From positions 99,572,001 to 99,636,000 of the forward strand of contig OZ287751.1 in NCBI GenBank assembly GCA_965649765.1: a stretch of 64,000 bases of DNA. Reading direction: 5' to 3'. This document shows positions 12,158-25,858 of this stretch, one piece after another (position 1 is the stretch's first letter; each line of letters opens with the position of its first letter). The notes beneath the pieces are model-generated. The model worked only from the letters and a program-made list of their open reading frames with translations, was not told the DNA's origin and made no database searches. This DNA is from Bispira polyomma. Its lineage: Eukaryota. A program made the translations under genes and the position numbers.

Positions 12158-13109
12158 ATGGCACCTCGCAAACTTTATGACTGCACAGCCTGTAAAGCGA
12201 ATCTTAATAAGACAATCAATGAAAAGTGTAAATTTGTTGAGGAGCGAGTAGACAAATCTGAAGGACAGTCATTGGCAGGAACCCTGTTAAACACGGGAGT
12301 GATGCCTGGGTCCAAAAAACAGCTACTAGCGGTAGCAGTTGAAGTCCTGTGAGTGGAAAGCACTCTGTGAGTGGTAACCAGTCGACCTGGCAGCGGAACA
12401 CTGAAGACAGCCTCATGCCATCCCTTCAGATGCTTAGACAATCAGACCACATTCAGGCAGCAGTGGACGTGCGACTACGAGAACTGTGTGACGTCAATAA
12501 ATCAGGTAACTTCAAGTCACAGAGGGGGGATCTGAGACTGTGTGGGTTCGTAAACAAATTCCATGGGCCCAAAATCATATCCTTGGTGGACAAAATCAAA
12601 GTAGAATGAACAAGATGGCATTTCTATGTCTTTCCAGTGGGTTTCTGGCTTTAGTTGCATAATAAGGGAAGAGAAATATTTAAAAGCCAAAAATTTAATG
12701 TTAAAGTACCTTTCAGAAATCATGGAAGACAGTCACGATTTCTCTTGGAATGCTGCCAAAGGCAGCCATACTGTCCTCCTTTGCAAAATGGAGGAAGCCA
12801 AGGTTAATTGGCAAGATAGCTTAATGATTGATAGGATCAGACGAGCACATGCTCACAGGGGAAAGGGGGTATAATCACAGTTCTGGAAGTTCTTCCAATT
12901 CTTCCAATAACCACAAATCCAACCGAAAAAGCATTCCCTGTCGATATGTCCAGAAAGGCACTTCTTCACAAAAGGGTGACCACAAGAGAGGTGGCCAGTC
13001 CTACTTGCATGTGTGCGACCTGTCTGACCTTTGGCAAATCTCATAATCATGCTTCAATAGATTGCAGAAAAAATAAAACTACTACAACCAGTGTAGCAAA
13101 AACAAATAG
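12158..13109 (+). pseudogene. Y2 gag-like ORF1 (frameshifted)
   Basis: N-terminal CxxC finger, QWVSGF...MEDSHDFSWNAAKGSH core, C-terminal CCHH/CCHC-type finger. Confidence 0.8.
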
Positions 13110-15490
13110 TGCACTGCAATTCGGCAGTACAACAAACAAATGTAAATAATCTTGAAATTAGCCAAAATTTCAAGGGCAGGAAAGGTCGCACATGTAACAG
13201 AGTCATATACAATACCAATGTAAATATAAATGTCAGTCACAACTGGAGGGCCGAGTGGGCCAAAATTCTAAATAGATCATACGCTCAAGTGGTAAGTAAA
13301 AATTCAGGGAAAGGGGGCCATATACAGGCTAGCACAACTCTGAAAAATCCCTCCAATGGTGACAATTTTGTAAATAAATGTCAAAATAATACTCTGTCAA
13401 CAAGTCTGTCAGTAGCCCTCAAGTGGGGGAAAACAAAAAGCAGACATGGAATGTTAAAGCCAAAGAGTTTTACCCGAGTGCAAGGGCAAAGGTAACTCAT
13501 TGTAAAAGTGACACCTCTAATGAAAGTGTCAACAAAAGGGTGGCTAACAAAAAGGTATTAAAAATGCCGGAACAATACACCACGGTGAATAATTGTTTTG
13601 CACCTCTAGCCAACATAATAGACACTGATTGCAATTTGGGTATACAAACTAAAAGCAACATTGATGTAGCTAGCTTTAATACTTCACAAAAAGTACCAGT
13701 ACAAAACGTTAATGAAGACAAGTATAACTTGGAACTTTAGGTCAGAAAACGTCACAGGGATATAGTGGCCCAAGCAAAAAATAACAAGGTATTCTAGCAG
13801 TGCAATCTCCAAGTACAAGGAAAATTCAGATTTATCCGAGTAAGTGACCTTAAACTTCCAAGCACAGATACAGTCAATACTCACAAATTGTCGGCACTTC
13901 AGTTGCATGCTGAAGTAAAATGTATTGAAAAAGTCAATTTTATGTCAAAGCAGCTCTTAGTCCCCTCAGAAAGCATGAACAGTGGAAAGCACTTCTCGAA
14001 AGCTATTGGGATACTCAACTACCTTACTTAGTATGTTATGGGTTCCTCCTAGACTTTGATAGGAGTAATATACTAGGACATAATGACACCAATCACCATT
14101 CTGCACGGGGCCATGAAAGCTTATTTGAGTGAACAAAAATAATTTGGGGCAATTTTGGGACCCTTCAAAGAACCTCCTTTTGAGAATTTACATATATCCT
14201 TTTTATGACTAGGGAAAAGCCAGGAGCTCCCAATAGGTGTGTGATAATTAACTTGAGCTTTCCTCAAGGTAGTTTAGTAAATTTGGCTATTCAAAAGAAT
14301 CAATACTTTGGTACCAAGTTTTTGCTTACATTGCCAACTATTGATTACGTCACCAATCAAATTGTTAAGTTAGGACGTGGAACGCAATTATATAAACTTG
14401 ACATGAGCATTCAGTCACGTCAAATTTCACCCGGCAGATTATGAACTTTTAGGCCTAAAATGTGAACGAATACTCTGTCGACACGTGCCTGCCCTTTGGC
14501 TATTGCCACGGCAGTGCCATTTTTCAACGCCTTAGTGATGCGGTGCATCACGTCATGCGCAGTTGGGGCTATAATGTAATGTATTACATAGACGATGTAA
14601 TTGGGTATGGCAACGGTACAGATGTTCATAACTTTAATGATGCCTTATACCAACTGCTAGAATAACTAGGTTTCACTATCAGTAAGAAAAAGCTGGTGCC
14701 CCCCAGCACACGAGTAATTTACTTAGGCATCCTCATTGAGACCCAGGCCCTCACAGTGGAGGTCCCTCCTAAAAAATTAAAACAAACAATGCAAATGTGC
14801 CAACTCTGGGTCAAAGCAGACGTGCTCGAGAATTGCAAGAATTGCAGTTGATTATGGGTTTGCTCTTATATGTATCCAAAAGTTTCTGGTAGCCAAGGTG
14901 TTTTTAAACCGAATGTTGGAGACCCTATGTAGTGCCCATGAAACTAAGCACATTAAATTGGATATAGCATTATCACAAGACTTAAATTGGTTTATCAAAT
15001 TTATTCAAGCATTTAACGGCAAAGCCTTCTTCGACCATAAACCCGTCACACAGCACATAGAATAAGACACATGTCTCTCAGGGCTGGGGGATCGTTGCGA
15101 CAATATTGTTGACAAAAACCAAATTCCTCTAGGCTACTTGGACTTCACAATAGTCCATCTAGAAATATTAAATATACTGGTGACAATAAGACTGTGGAAG
15201 CATCTATGGCAAGGTAAAAAGTTGGTCGTGCATTGTGATAATAATTTTGAACACAGGTGAAACCAAAGATATGACCCTGGCAGCCATAGCTAGAAACATA
15301 CTCATGGAGGTTGGTAAAGCGGATATCAATATAAAACCCGTGCATATACTCGGTAAACTTAATCAAGTAGCAGACTTGCTCTCTAGGTGGCACAAAACAC
15401 ACCAGCCGGAAGGAATTTTGAGAGAAAAAATCCCAAACCGGAATGGGCTACCATACCCAAAAAATTTCTCTTAATTGGAGCATCTTATGT
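13110..15490 (+). pseudogene. Y2 pol (long N-terminal extension, RT, RNase H), disrupted
   Basis: ORF pieces 13109-13495, 13423-13740, 14205-14444, 14462-14665 (YIDD), 15235-15474. Confidence 0.88.
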
Positions 15491-15497
15491 GTTTCAG

Positions 15498-16327
15498 ATC
15501 TCCCTCCCCTGGTGCAGTCATTGGCGAATCAGGCTGCCCAAACAGCTCACCAAGCATTTAGGCCAGCCACGCAATGGCTTGTCAAAATATGTTTAGACTA
15601 TTTCTAGCATACACTGTCTTTGTTAATGTGCAAATTCACAAGGTTTCCCCTTTGCTTCTACTGTCCTTTCTACAAGTGCTGGTAGCAAATAAAGTATCTC
15701 AGCCATCTATTGCTAACTACCTAGCAGCCATAAAGGCAAAGCTTAGTTTACATGGAATAGGAGTGGCAACTTTTGCTGATGCACGGCTTAAATATTTTCA
15801 GAGAGCCCTCGTGTTACAAAGACCCTTTAGGGCCAAAATCAATAAAATAATAGACATGTTTCTGCTTAGTCAAATAGTACAAACATGCGACTCAATGTTT
15901 ATGGGACAGGTATTCAAAGCAGCCTATCTGCTAGCATTTTTCTCCTTCCTGCGAATTTCAAATCTGGTCCCTCACACAGTGGCTTCTTACAATCCATTAG
16001 AACAGTTGGCAAGGGCAGATGTTCTCTTTGCCTCGCCTGGTCTCAATATTATAATAAAATGGTTCAAAACTCTTTAAACTAAAGGTTGCATTAGAATAAT
16101 TAAAGTCCCTCAAATCCACAATTCTAATTTCTGCCCAGTCAGGGCCATAAGAAACCTGTTGGCTATAACCCCGGGTTCAAAAAATCACCATGTACCCCTA
16201 CATGACATACAGAGCCATGGTTACATGGACCTCTGACTGCGTCTGGGAATATGTAACCAGAGATCAGCAAGCGTCAGACCAGGTTGCTTTAGCCTTCCAG
16301 ATACTTCTGTCCAACCCTACTTCCTAA
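15498..16327 (+). pseudogene. Y2 tyrosine recombinase (frameshifted, internal deletion over the HxxR box)
   Basis: ORF 15574-16077 with FLRISNL; CPV motif ~16130; C-terminal HG.WTSD ~16215-16250. Confidence 0.88.
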
Positions 16328-16389
16328 ATTGGATTTGGTGCTTTTTATTTGCAATATACATGAACAAATATATCAAATTAATGTTACTT

Positions 16390-16632
16390 AGGCTAAGGTC
16401 ACATGAACTTATCATAATTTAAAAACTTAGGTTAAGGTTGTCTCGGACTTGGAAAAGGCATTAATCAAGTAAGATGACCTTAAACTTGAGCTAACCTTAC
16501 TTTTACCGTAATCTCAACTTAAGATGACCCTTAAATTAAGGTCACCTCAACTTGAGTATTTAAGTTAATGCAACCTTAAACTAAGTTTAGGTGATGATTA
16601 AATTAAGATCACCTCTTTGACGTTGACCTTAG
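16390..16632. repeat. Array of degenerate AAGGTNACCTT palindromes at the Y2 3' end
   Basis: TAAGGTCACAT, TAAGATGACCTTAA, TTAAGATGACCCTTAA, TTAAGGTCACCTCAA, TTAATGCAACCTTAA, TTAAGATCACCTC, TTGACCTTA. Confidence 0.8.
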
Positions 16633-18149
16633 CCTATGTTTGTATGTACATAATGTAGAACTAAAAAACTAGAATAAACTAATATTCCCAAGCTTCATCT
16701 TATTAATTGTGTTCAAATATCATTCACTCAAACCTCTGTAAGGCACTGTGTTTGTCACATCCCGTATTCAAAGGTAACAGCAACAATCCTTTTGTCAGAT
16801 GTATCATTTGATCCATAAACAAGAATACTGCCATTGTTGGAGTATAATTTGATTAGGTTGTTGTTTAAATTTTTTTAACTCCCATTTACCACTAGCCGTT
16901 GTTACTATGACAACTAAAGAATAGCTTGGTTAAAAGAAAAAAAAAACTGATAAAACTGCAGTACCAGTGTGTTTGTAACATAGACTGACAACCTTCTATT
17001 AAATAACACTTAATAAATGTGTCCTTGTAAAATATTTCTCTAGCATTGTGGACCGATGATTATCTTAGATTTAATGAACCCCCAAAATATTCATGTGTAC
17101 AAAAGTATTAATTTCATTATATTGATAGTATTTTTTAAATTGCACTACTTCCATAAGGCCCTATTATCAGGAAAAATAGACCTATTTCCTTTTCACTTCG
17201 CTGTCAGGATATAATTTATTGTAATTTTACCCCAAATAGCAAGGAACAAGATAGTAATGGCACATTGTCTTTTTCAAATGGAGAAAAATATAAACTCACT
17301 GCATAACGGTATTTCTGTGGCCATATTTTTTTCTTTATTTGTGTGTTTAACATGTAAATTGTGTTAAGTATAGATATAGTAACAGCTGATGTTGTACTTT
17401 TTACACATAAAAATAAACTCTTGTAAAATTAAAGGTGAAGGCACATGCTTAATACATCAATAAAACTATATAAAATGTGTGTTAAGAAGCAAGTCTCAAT
17501 CTAAGTTTAAGCCTTTTAATCAATAATATAGACTTTCCAATTGTTATTTGTTTACTATTGTGTTCCAAAGGTCATAACAACAATCTTGTACAAAGAAGCC
17601 ACAGCAAGTGGGTGTAATTTGGTAGTTTTTCCCCTTTTTGTTCTCTTGGAAATTGACAAGCATAAATTGCCTTAAAGATTAGCTGTGGCTACTATGGCAA
17701 CGGAAAGTTTGATTTTATTTGTGGTTAACATCACTTTTAACACATGGTGTACATCATACCATTATCGACAATTCTTAGTGATTGTGAAAACCAGTGTATA
17801 CTAACCAGTTGGTAAAATTAATACAGTGACTTTTTCACTGTTCCACTAGAATTCCTGGCCGAGATTTCAAATGGTACATTATACAGGTGGGAGGCATGTG
17901 GGTTAGCACTGCACCACCGATGCCCCATAGCCATGGCAACTTAAGAAATATATCAATGTTACTTGAATTCAAACAAGTGTTTGTATATTTGTCATTGGAA
18001 AATAAATAATAAAAGTCGTCACTTCTTTGTAACCCTGTAAAATTGTTACCTAAAAATGTTGTAAACTGAGATTTATCTAACTGTTAGACGTGCTTCAAAA
18101 TAGCGTTTGATAACTCGACACAACTCACGGAAGCTCATAGGGATGGATG

Positions 18150-18357
18150 CCCTCACTCATCAAGTGTATCAGCCTCACCCGGGGAAACCGCCTCTCTGTT
18201 TCCTGAACCTGTCCAAATCGGCAGGCGTTGCTTAGCCATCACTGCTCCTGTTGAAAGGAACAAGCTGCCACAGACTGTCAGATCATAGGATACAATCCCT
18301 GGTTTCAGAAGCCATATTAAAACCTAACTTTTAAGACTCGTCTACCCACCCCTGTAG
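18150..18357 (+). mobile_element. L2 LINE ORF2 C-terminal fragment
   Basis: Translates with breaks to RGNRLSVS..IGRR..AITAPVE.NKLPQTVRS.DTIPGFRSHIKT.LLRLVYPP, similar to ORF 50153-50425. Confidence 0.75.
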
Positions 18358-18422
18358 TTTCATCTTTCTCTGGTAGATGCTTTTTGGTAAAAACCTTCTT
18401 TTTTTCCCTGGACCTTCCCTTT

Positions 18423-18525
18423 TAATCTAATCTAATGTAATCTAGTCGTACTTTTATAGTGCTTAATCTTTGTACAACAAATTCTAAGGCGCAACAAACC
18501 CAAAACGTTAATCAAAAATCGATTA
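18423..18525 (-). mobile_element. L2 3'UTR and (ATTAG)n tail, same family as 650-1015
   Basis: Reverse complement of about 915-1000 with a short extra loop. Confidence 0.8.
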
Positions 18526-20574
18526 TTTTTTTTTTCGATATCAACGCATGAGAGGATTTTTTTTATCAATTTTATGCTCCATAGATGCTTTCTGCCCAAT
18601 ATACTTGAACATGTATATATATTTATGTCCCATAATTACTAAAAGAGGTATTACTTTAAAAGTGTCCATTAGCCCCATGAATAAGCAGCATTTTCATAGA
18701 ATCTTGTCTATGTTATTTACATCGAAAATTTGGCAGAGAAATAAAAATAACATATCCTAGTTCTCTATGTTATATTTTTTTGTGTTAAAAAGTTAAAGCT
18801 TATTCATTTTAATACAAGTATGTGTATCTGCAAAATATAAATAATATAGTAAAAAATTTCCTTTTATACAGATTGCTATCGGCTAACTCTTACAATTGTT
18901 GTTTTTGATGTATTGAGAATTGTATATTAAATCAAATATGAATAATGTAACTGAATGAAATCCTTTGCTCAACAAGAAACTGAAAACCCAGAGAAAATAC
19001 ATAAGACTCACAAAGCAGCATCCATCCTGGTCATGTATCAAAATTGGTAAATGTGACGTAACAACCTTGGGATACTGCTTTGTAAGTTTTTCATTGGGTG
19101 AAGTGAGAATAGAGTGAACAATTCACTTCCATTGTTGTGTCAGTCGAAGACAGAAGTGAAGTGAATTTGAAGCAACCGAAATTTCAGTCATTCTGTTGCA
19201 GCTGATTGTTAAAGTCTTTGACCGTAGCTTTTAAATCAAACAGAGAAGTCACAAAACAATATGCTGACAATCTAAAAAAGGAAACAAGATATATCTATAT
19301 TAACTGAGCAGTACAGAGGTGTATAGGATGGAAAAAAAATAATGGTAAACTCTTCTGTGATGCTGGCCATCATGAAGACCCAACTAAATTCAAATGATAT
19401 GGTATGACCTTTTGCTTAACGAACACCACCTTGAAGCTAACAGGCAAAACCTTCATTAAATAGCCTATTCTAAATCTCACCTCGCTGACACTAACTGGTG
19501 TATTATTTCCTGTACCTAACTGTCACCGCTGCACTTGCTGTGCTAACTGCTGTCCCCTCTTTATCACTAAATATACATCTCATTTCGAACTTAAGATAAA
19601 ACTTTCACCTCGAACTAACGAAAAATTTTGAGTAATAGGTTTTACATAGCTGAAGTCACTAAAAGAAAAATATTATAATTTTCGGGGTGTCGACGGCTTG
19701 TTAACAGACATAGTTTGGCAATAACAAATGCAGTCTACTGCTTGCTGGCAATATAGGGGTCAAAAAGGTTAATGGAATTATTCCATAATTTAAAAGAAAC
19801 ATACTTAATTAAATGCATTACACGTTAAAAAAAACTAACAATCTCATAATTACAAAACTAGCTGTCTTATATCAACAAAAATGTACTTTTAAGTTTATGC
19901 TATAATAATGCAGTCGTTACAAAATATCAATCTAATATGTGCAATTTTGCTTTTAATGACTGATGGACATATATTCTTTAGGTAATACATGATTCCAACA
20001 AAATGTCAAACGATTATAATACCAGTGGTATTGCTGTGCTCTACCAATTTTTTTCTATTTTTTCCTCCTAAATGCCTCTTTTAATCATATAGAAATGTGT
20101 TTGCAATATAAATATAGCTAGAGACAGACTAAGTAAAATAAACACTGATGAGTAAAAATTTTATCCCATCGAATATTATTTTAGTACCTCAATTTGACCT
20201 ACTTCTGCCTTCTCCTCTGATCTTTCTATATTCCATCTGTTCTGCCTTGTTGGTTTTTACAAACTTACAAGTTGAGTGTTTTATAGACATAGTAAGAACA
20301 AAAATTATGGGTATAAAGGATGAGTTATTTGCATTGTATATCAATGCAGTTAAATCACAACCCAGTAGGTGCTTTATGTCTCTTGAAAACGATGTAAAAC
20401 TGCCATTGTAATATATAATTAAGATGTTTTACCAGACATGGCATCTTTAGGTTTACATCTAGCACATGCCAATATACTGTAATTTATGTAATAAATGCCT
20501 ATTTTTAAGGAAAACAATGGTAATTTGTGTTTGTGCAACACAATGGTTTAATTTATTTGAATTTATGTCATTTT

Positions 20575-20680
20575 CAACAGTTTTGGTCATCTTGGCTAGG
20601 ATTAGTGAAGGAGCAAGGCAATGCTTAAGCACTGTAAACCACCTACCTACAGTAAGTATCTAACAAACTTTCTCACACAA
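20575..20680 (-). mobile_element. Meta-like SINE core fragment
   Basis: Minus strand TGTGTGAGAAAGTTTGTTAGATACTTACTGTAGGTAGGTGGTTTACAGTGCT matches the SINE core at 40499-40550. Confidence 0.6.
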
Positions 20681-23600
20681 AGAAACAATCAATTAACCTT
20701 TTTCTTTTGACTACCAAACTACCGGTAACTGTGCCTTAATTGAGGCGACAGGTTTGATCATGACCAATTATCAACATCTCCAGCATTCTTTAGTTCTTTA
20801 CTGGGTACATGACCAGAAGACCCCAATTTTAAGTAGTATTTGGAAATATTTGTTTTAAAGTTCTAAAGATCATTACTCACTGTCATATTTCATTGGAAAA
20901 ATTAAAGAAACATTGATCGCAGTTTTGGGTTTTCTGTTAGTACTTCTGTTTACTCAGCAGTCATATAACTTCACCTAGGTCCGTTTGGTCAGCATTACAC
21001 AAAAAAAAAGTACTGAACTTATTTATTATACATTTAGTAGATGAACAATCCATTAAAGTTTAGAGAATATGTAAATAGATGGTGGCATCCACGCTTTTAT
21101 TCATCTTTTGACAGGGACACTTTGGTCGAGGTTGTGATTTATTGAGTGTCCTTGTTGCTACTATCGTACCACATTATGTTCAATCACAAGTGTTTCTTAT
21201 AACTTTTATGTTGGTATGTGGAAGCTAGATTTGTTTGTACTAATATTAAGCATATTTACGATTTTCCGTAAAAACAATCAATAAATCTTGTCTTTGGTAA
21301 AAGACCATGTGACAAAAAATAACATTGTTGTAGCTGCAAAAATATATTACAATGTTTTGTTGGAGATCCAATAAACTACTTCACGTCACCAATGGTAAGG
21401 TTACATGTTAGTCATACAGCTTAGATTACATTTATTTTCTGACCCACTCTCAGTCAGAGCGTCTATAAGTTTATGTAATGCCATAAAATAGCTTATTATA
21501 GGTCTGAACATGTAATTGTAGGTTTTGAAACGCTATCCTTATTGCATATCATATAAAGTCTTTTACACTTGATGGACTAATTTCACCTAACTAATACATT
21601 GTCCAAAGTTGTTAATGTCTCCGCCATTCAACAAAGATGTATTGAAACAAAACTTTAACTAAATAGCTTGTTAAAGCACATTTATGTTACATTTTGGGAA
21701 TACAGTTAATTACCGCAAAAAATGCAGTTGTAAATTTTTGGTCAACACCACTACATGTATTCTTTTCTACTATAAATACGATTGGTAAGCATATACTCTA
21801 GTAACATATATGCAATATCCAGATAATATAAGCAAGATGAATAAATGTGTGAGTAATATTAATATGTCCTGAAATGATTTGAAAGTTCCTTCCAAACATA
21901 TCCATGTATCTGTATTTAAGTTGAACTTTCTAAAAAGAAAATACTTTATTTTTTTTGAGGCAACTATTAATTAAGATGTCATTTTACTAATTTTTCCTGG
22001 AATACAATCAATATGATTAAATGCAACATTGACTGGTTAAAGCGGTATTTATAAAGCATTAAATCTGTTGAAATCTGAGTTTACATCTGATTGATACTGT
22101 TAGTTGAAAAAAAAAACCTTTAATAAGTAATGCCTTTTAATGACTCATATTCCTAAAGAAAAATCTTCATAGGCCGTTTTGTCAATGTTTATAGTGACTG
22201 TTTTACTCTGATGTATTTTTTACAAAAGCCTGGAAATAGTTTCCATTGGATCTTTAAATCTAGTACTGTCACATTTATCTTCTGCCATCTTGGCTCTTCA
22301 AGATAAGCAATACTTTTTTCATTGCAGTTATATTTCATGCCGAAGCATATTTTTAAGCACTTTAGGAATAATATAAAACTGATCTCTGATATCAAAATAG
22401 AAAACAATTTTATCATTAAATATTTGTTTTATTTGAACCCTGAAATAAAAATCAAACAGCCTCATACTAAACACTTAAAATATATTTTTCTACTTAAGAG
22501 GCTTCAAAGTGTGCTATTAAACACTCTACATCTGTAACAATACATTTAACATTTTGTCCCAGGATGTAGCGGCAGTTAAACTAAGGACATTCTGATCACC
22601 AGATCAATTCCTTAATCACTAGACCCCGGGGGACCATAAAATAGTAACAAATCATTTAAAACATCAGACATTTATTTAATTCAGATATAAACCCGATTAT
22701 AAATTTGTGTGCCATAATATTAACAAACTTAACAAAATAAATATAACTTTAAATACAAGTTTTGTTACCTGTACAAAACAAAACAAAAATATATGTTTTA
22801 TATACAATGTAATGCCAGCATTAATGCTTAGTGACCTTTAGCTGTTCAGTAAGAGAACAGCAGGTAATTAGTAAAACTAAAACATAATGGTGTGTATTGC
22901 CATAAAACACACACCTAAAAACTGACAAGTATAAAAAGTACAATACATTATTAAAACATTTGCAGTAACAACTCAACTGAAACCTACAAATACTTTTTTT
23001 GTAATGGATTTGCTCAATTTTCTTTTTTTCACTGAACATTAACTTTGACTAAATCAAACTAAAGAAATTGACAATGTAAGTAGGTACTTAATGCTTGTTA
23101 CTTGTTTAGGTTGTACTGACAGTGAAATGTTCCCATAAATGGCTCCTGGCATACTGATATGCATTCTATATGAACTTGTTTTCTGTTTTGCTATGTATTA
23201 AAAAAAAAAATAAGTCAATGATCCATTTAAGTAGTTCTTAAAGCCGTTTTGACATCAGAAAAAAGTGCATATGGTAGAATAGCTGACATATTATATAATA
23301 TTTAGAATGAACATTGAATGTGGTACAAAACCGTCGTAGTGAAGTGTTCAGGTTAATACAGGGTTGTAAAAATAGAATAAACAGCCCTAAAAGTAAGTTC
23401 TAGGATTACATACTCTATTCATGACCTCATTACTAGCCAGTGTAATAAATTGAGAACAGCACTTATACATTCCTAATATGCTGTTCTGTTGGCTATTCTG
23501 ACATCACAATTTAGTACTTTTTGTAGCTGATCAAGTAGCAGATGCCAAAAAGAAATACACTGCATTACTTCAGCATGCGTAGTTTGTAGCTTCTACGGTA

Positions 23601-25247
23601 AGGTAAAATTTAATTAAATATTTTTTTCAAATTTCACAAACATTTTATGCATGAGCATCCATTGTGAGTAAGCTATACTTTATCCACAATGACAAATGAT
23701 TGTTCTTTGCCTGCTATCCTCCCCCCCCCCCCTAAAAAAAGTCAAACCGTGTAGTTTACAGACTAATATATATTGTAACTGCCAAGAGGATGACTTTTTG
23801 AGGGTTGCAGACAACTTGACAACTTGACAACTCTTTTATGACCAGTGTTTGCACCATCTTGTACTCTAAAAAATAGTATAATAGAGTAATGAAAAACGTG
23901 TATCAAGCATCTACCACAATATAGTAAAAATAGCACGTAAACTTTAAACACTTGTAGGCCACACACAACTGAGAGCCAACTACTGACTCATTTCAAACCC
24001 AAAAGATTTATATAAATATTTTTGACCCAACAAAGCAAAAACAAGCCACTTACCATAAAATTGGTGATGCAGTAAAGAAGTATAATTTTTGATCAAGCAT
24101 TTGGCAAAAACCTTTACAAAACCACCTTTCTATGAAGGCCAGTTATTAATCTTGACATAAATGGTGGTTCAACTCTTACATATTAAAACAGTTCCCAGCA
24201 GCAGGATTTGATTTGACCTTGTAATGTTTAACTAACCGTAAGAAGATGCCTCTAAAAATGGTAAACTGGAATTGCAGGTATAATTTCCAAAGTAGGTTAA
24301 ATTATTTGGCCGTGCAATAAAAATGCACGTCTGAGAAGGTTATTCTATTAATGTTATAATCACATAGATGTATCAGGTATTTGTCCTGTAGAGAGTACTG
24401 TGGGTTTTTTTCTTTCAGCAATACATTGGATGGCTGGGGTGTAGCCTATTAGTGAGTTTTTAAACATGGCCTATATCCTGATAAAGTGGATCTTAAAAAA
24501 CAATCTTGAGCGTAATTGACGTTTATTGCAGTCACTAGACAGCCCCTGTTTAATGTTAGATCCAACAAAAACTACCCTGGAGCTTTAAAGTTTTTGTCTT
24601 GTTAGCTACTTTAGCTATGTGCAAAAACATATTACTCAAAAAAATCCTTTACTTCTCAGCGATAGATTTCTCTTGAGATTGAAAAGACTAATTGAAATTC
24701 TATCTCTAATGTTCATAGTTTTATTTCTGTTTTTATTTCCAATATAGATTCCGATGACATTGTCTTTTATTGAGACTGTCTGTAAACTATTAGTTTCTGC
24801 CCTCTAACAATATCCTCTTTGATTTAAAATTATTTAAGATCGATATAGGCAAATGATATTATAATGGATAATGTCTGTCTGTGTATGTGTGGCTGTGAAT
24901 TTAACAACATACAACAAAAAATACCATTTGGATATTTTTGTCTTGCAATTGACAATAACGAATGAGCAATATTGTAATGCATCCACATACTCTCAGTGAA
25001 ATTTAATTTAAAGTGATAATTAATGTTGCTAATAGATTAAATGAAATTGAAACCGGGTAATACTTTGTGTTACCATACAATTAATAATATTGTGTAATTT
25101 GTGGGCAATGAAACAAAACTGTCCTTACAGCTTCCTACAGGGGCAGTTACATTGTCTAAAATGAAATAATTACCGTAAACCAATCAATCTTGAAATTTGT
25201 CAGTCTTAGAATATGTATACATCAACATGACTAATGCCATAATACAG

Positions 25248-25464
25248 CAGTCTCCCTTTCGTTAACCCAGCATTACACTTCAAGTCTTTCCCGGGTCAGA
25301 TTTGTCTGTCCCGGGTAAAGGTGATAATAACGTTAAGATTTTAGTGAAGTAGGAAGTAGATGTAGGAAGTCAGACGTTGGTTTGGGAAATTTATTTTACA
25401 CATTTCATATATCACAACTTTACAAATTTTAAAAGATTTAAAACTTTTAAAATTTTATGCCCAA
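25248..25464 (-). repeat. Y3 split direct repeat B2 (217 bp)
   Basis: About 7 mismatches to 26097-26313 by eye. Confidence 0.95.
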
Positions 25465-25858
25465 TACATATTAACATGGTCAACAAGGACCCAAGAAAAA
25501 GATAATACATAGACCATCTATAAGGTACGTCTATAATAGTATTATAATGTATACATGTATAACATTAAAAGTTACAGATAAAATATAAAACATTCATATA
25601 TGCACTGTGTTCCCTGTGCGAGATGGGTTTGAGGAAATATTATCATTCTATGTAATTACTTATTTCTCTCTGGGGTGGGAACCCGGCACCCGCGGCACCT
25701 AGTCGCCTAGCAGAAGTTCCTTACTTCCAGAGCCTCTATTCTACCCTGGCTTGCCTAAGGCTCAGGGGAAGGTATAGAAGTAAGGATCATTCCACACGGT
25801 GTCTGGGTTCCAACTACCCAGGCAATATAGTAATAGTTATGATAAGGGTGGTGGGCGG

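Larger units (their letters stand above)
11655..16748 (+). mobile_element. Y2: near full-length degenerate Ngaro-like YR retrotransposon
   Basis: gag from ATG 12158 (MAPRKLYDC), RT (MTREKPG, CLPFG, YIDD), RNase H (HILGKLNQVADLLSRW), YR (AFFSFLRISNL; HG.WTSDCVWEY), array 16390-16632, terminus GGCACTG at 16748. Confidence 0.92.

Noticed and set aside
20140-20175. Hammerhead ribozyme cores (CTGATGA here and at ~53435)
   Set aside because: No stem II followed by GAAA and no flanking helices.
23527-23597. Small host exon (AG...GTAAG, reads DQVADAKKKYTALLQHA*)
   Set aside because: Isolated, contains a stop, and has no counterpart seen in the other host-unit copies.
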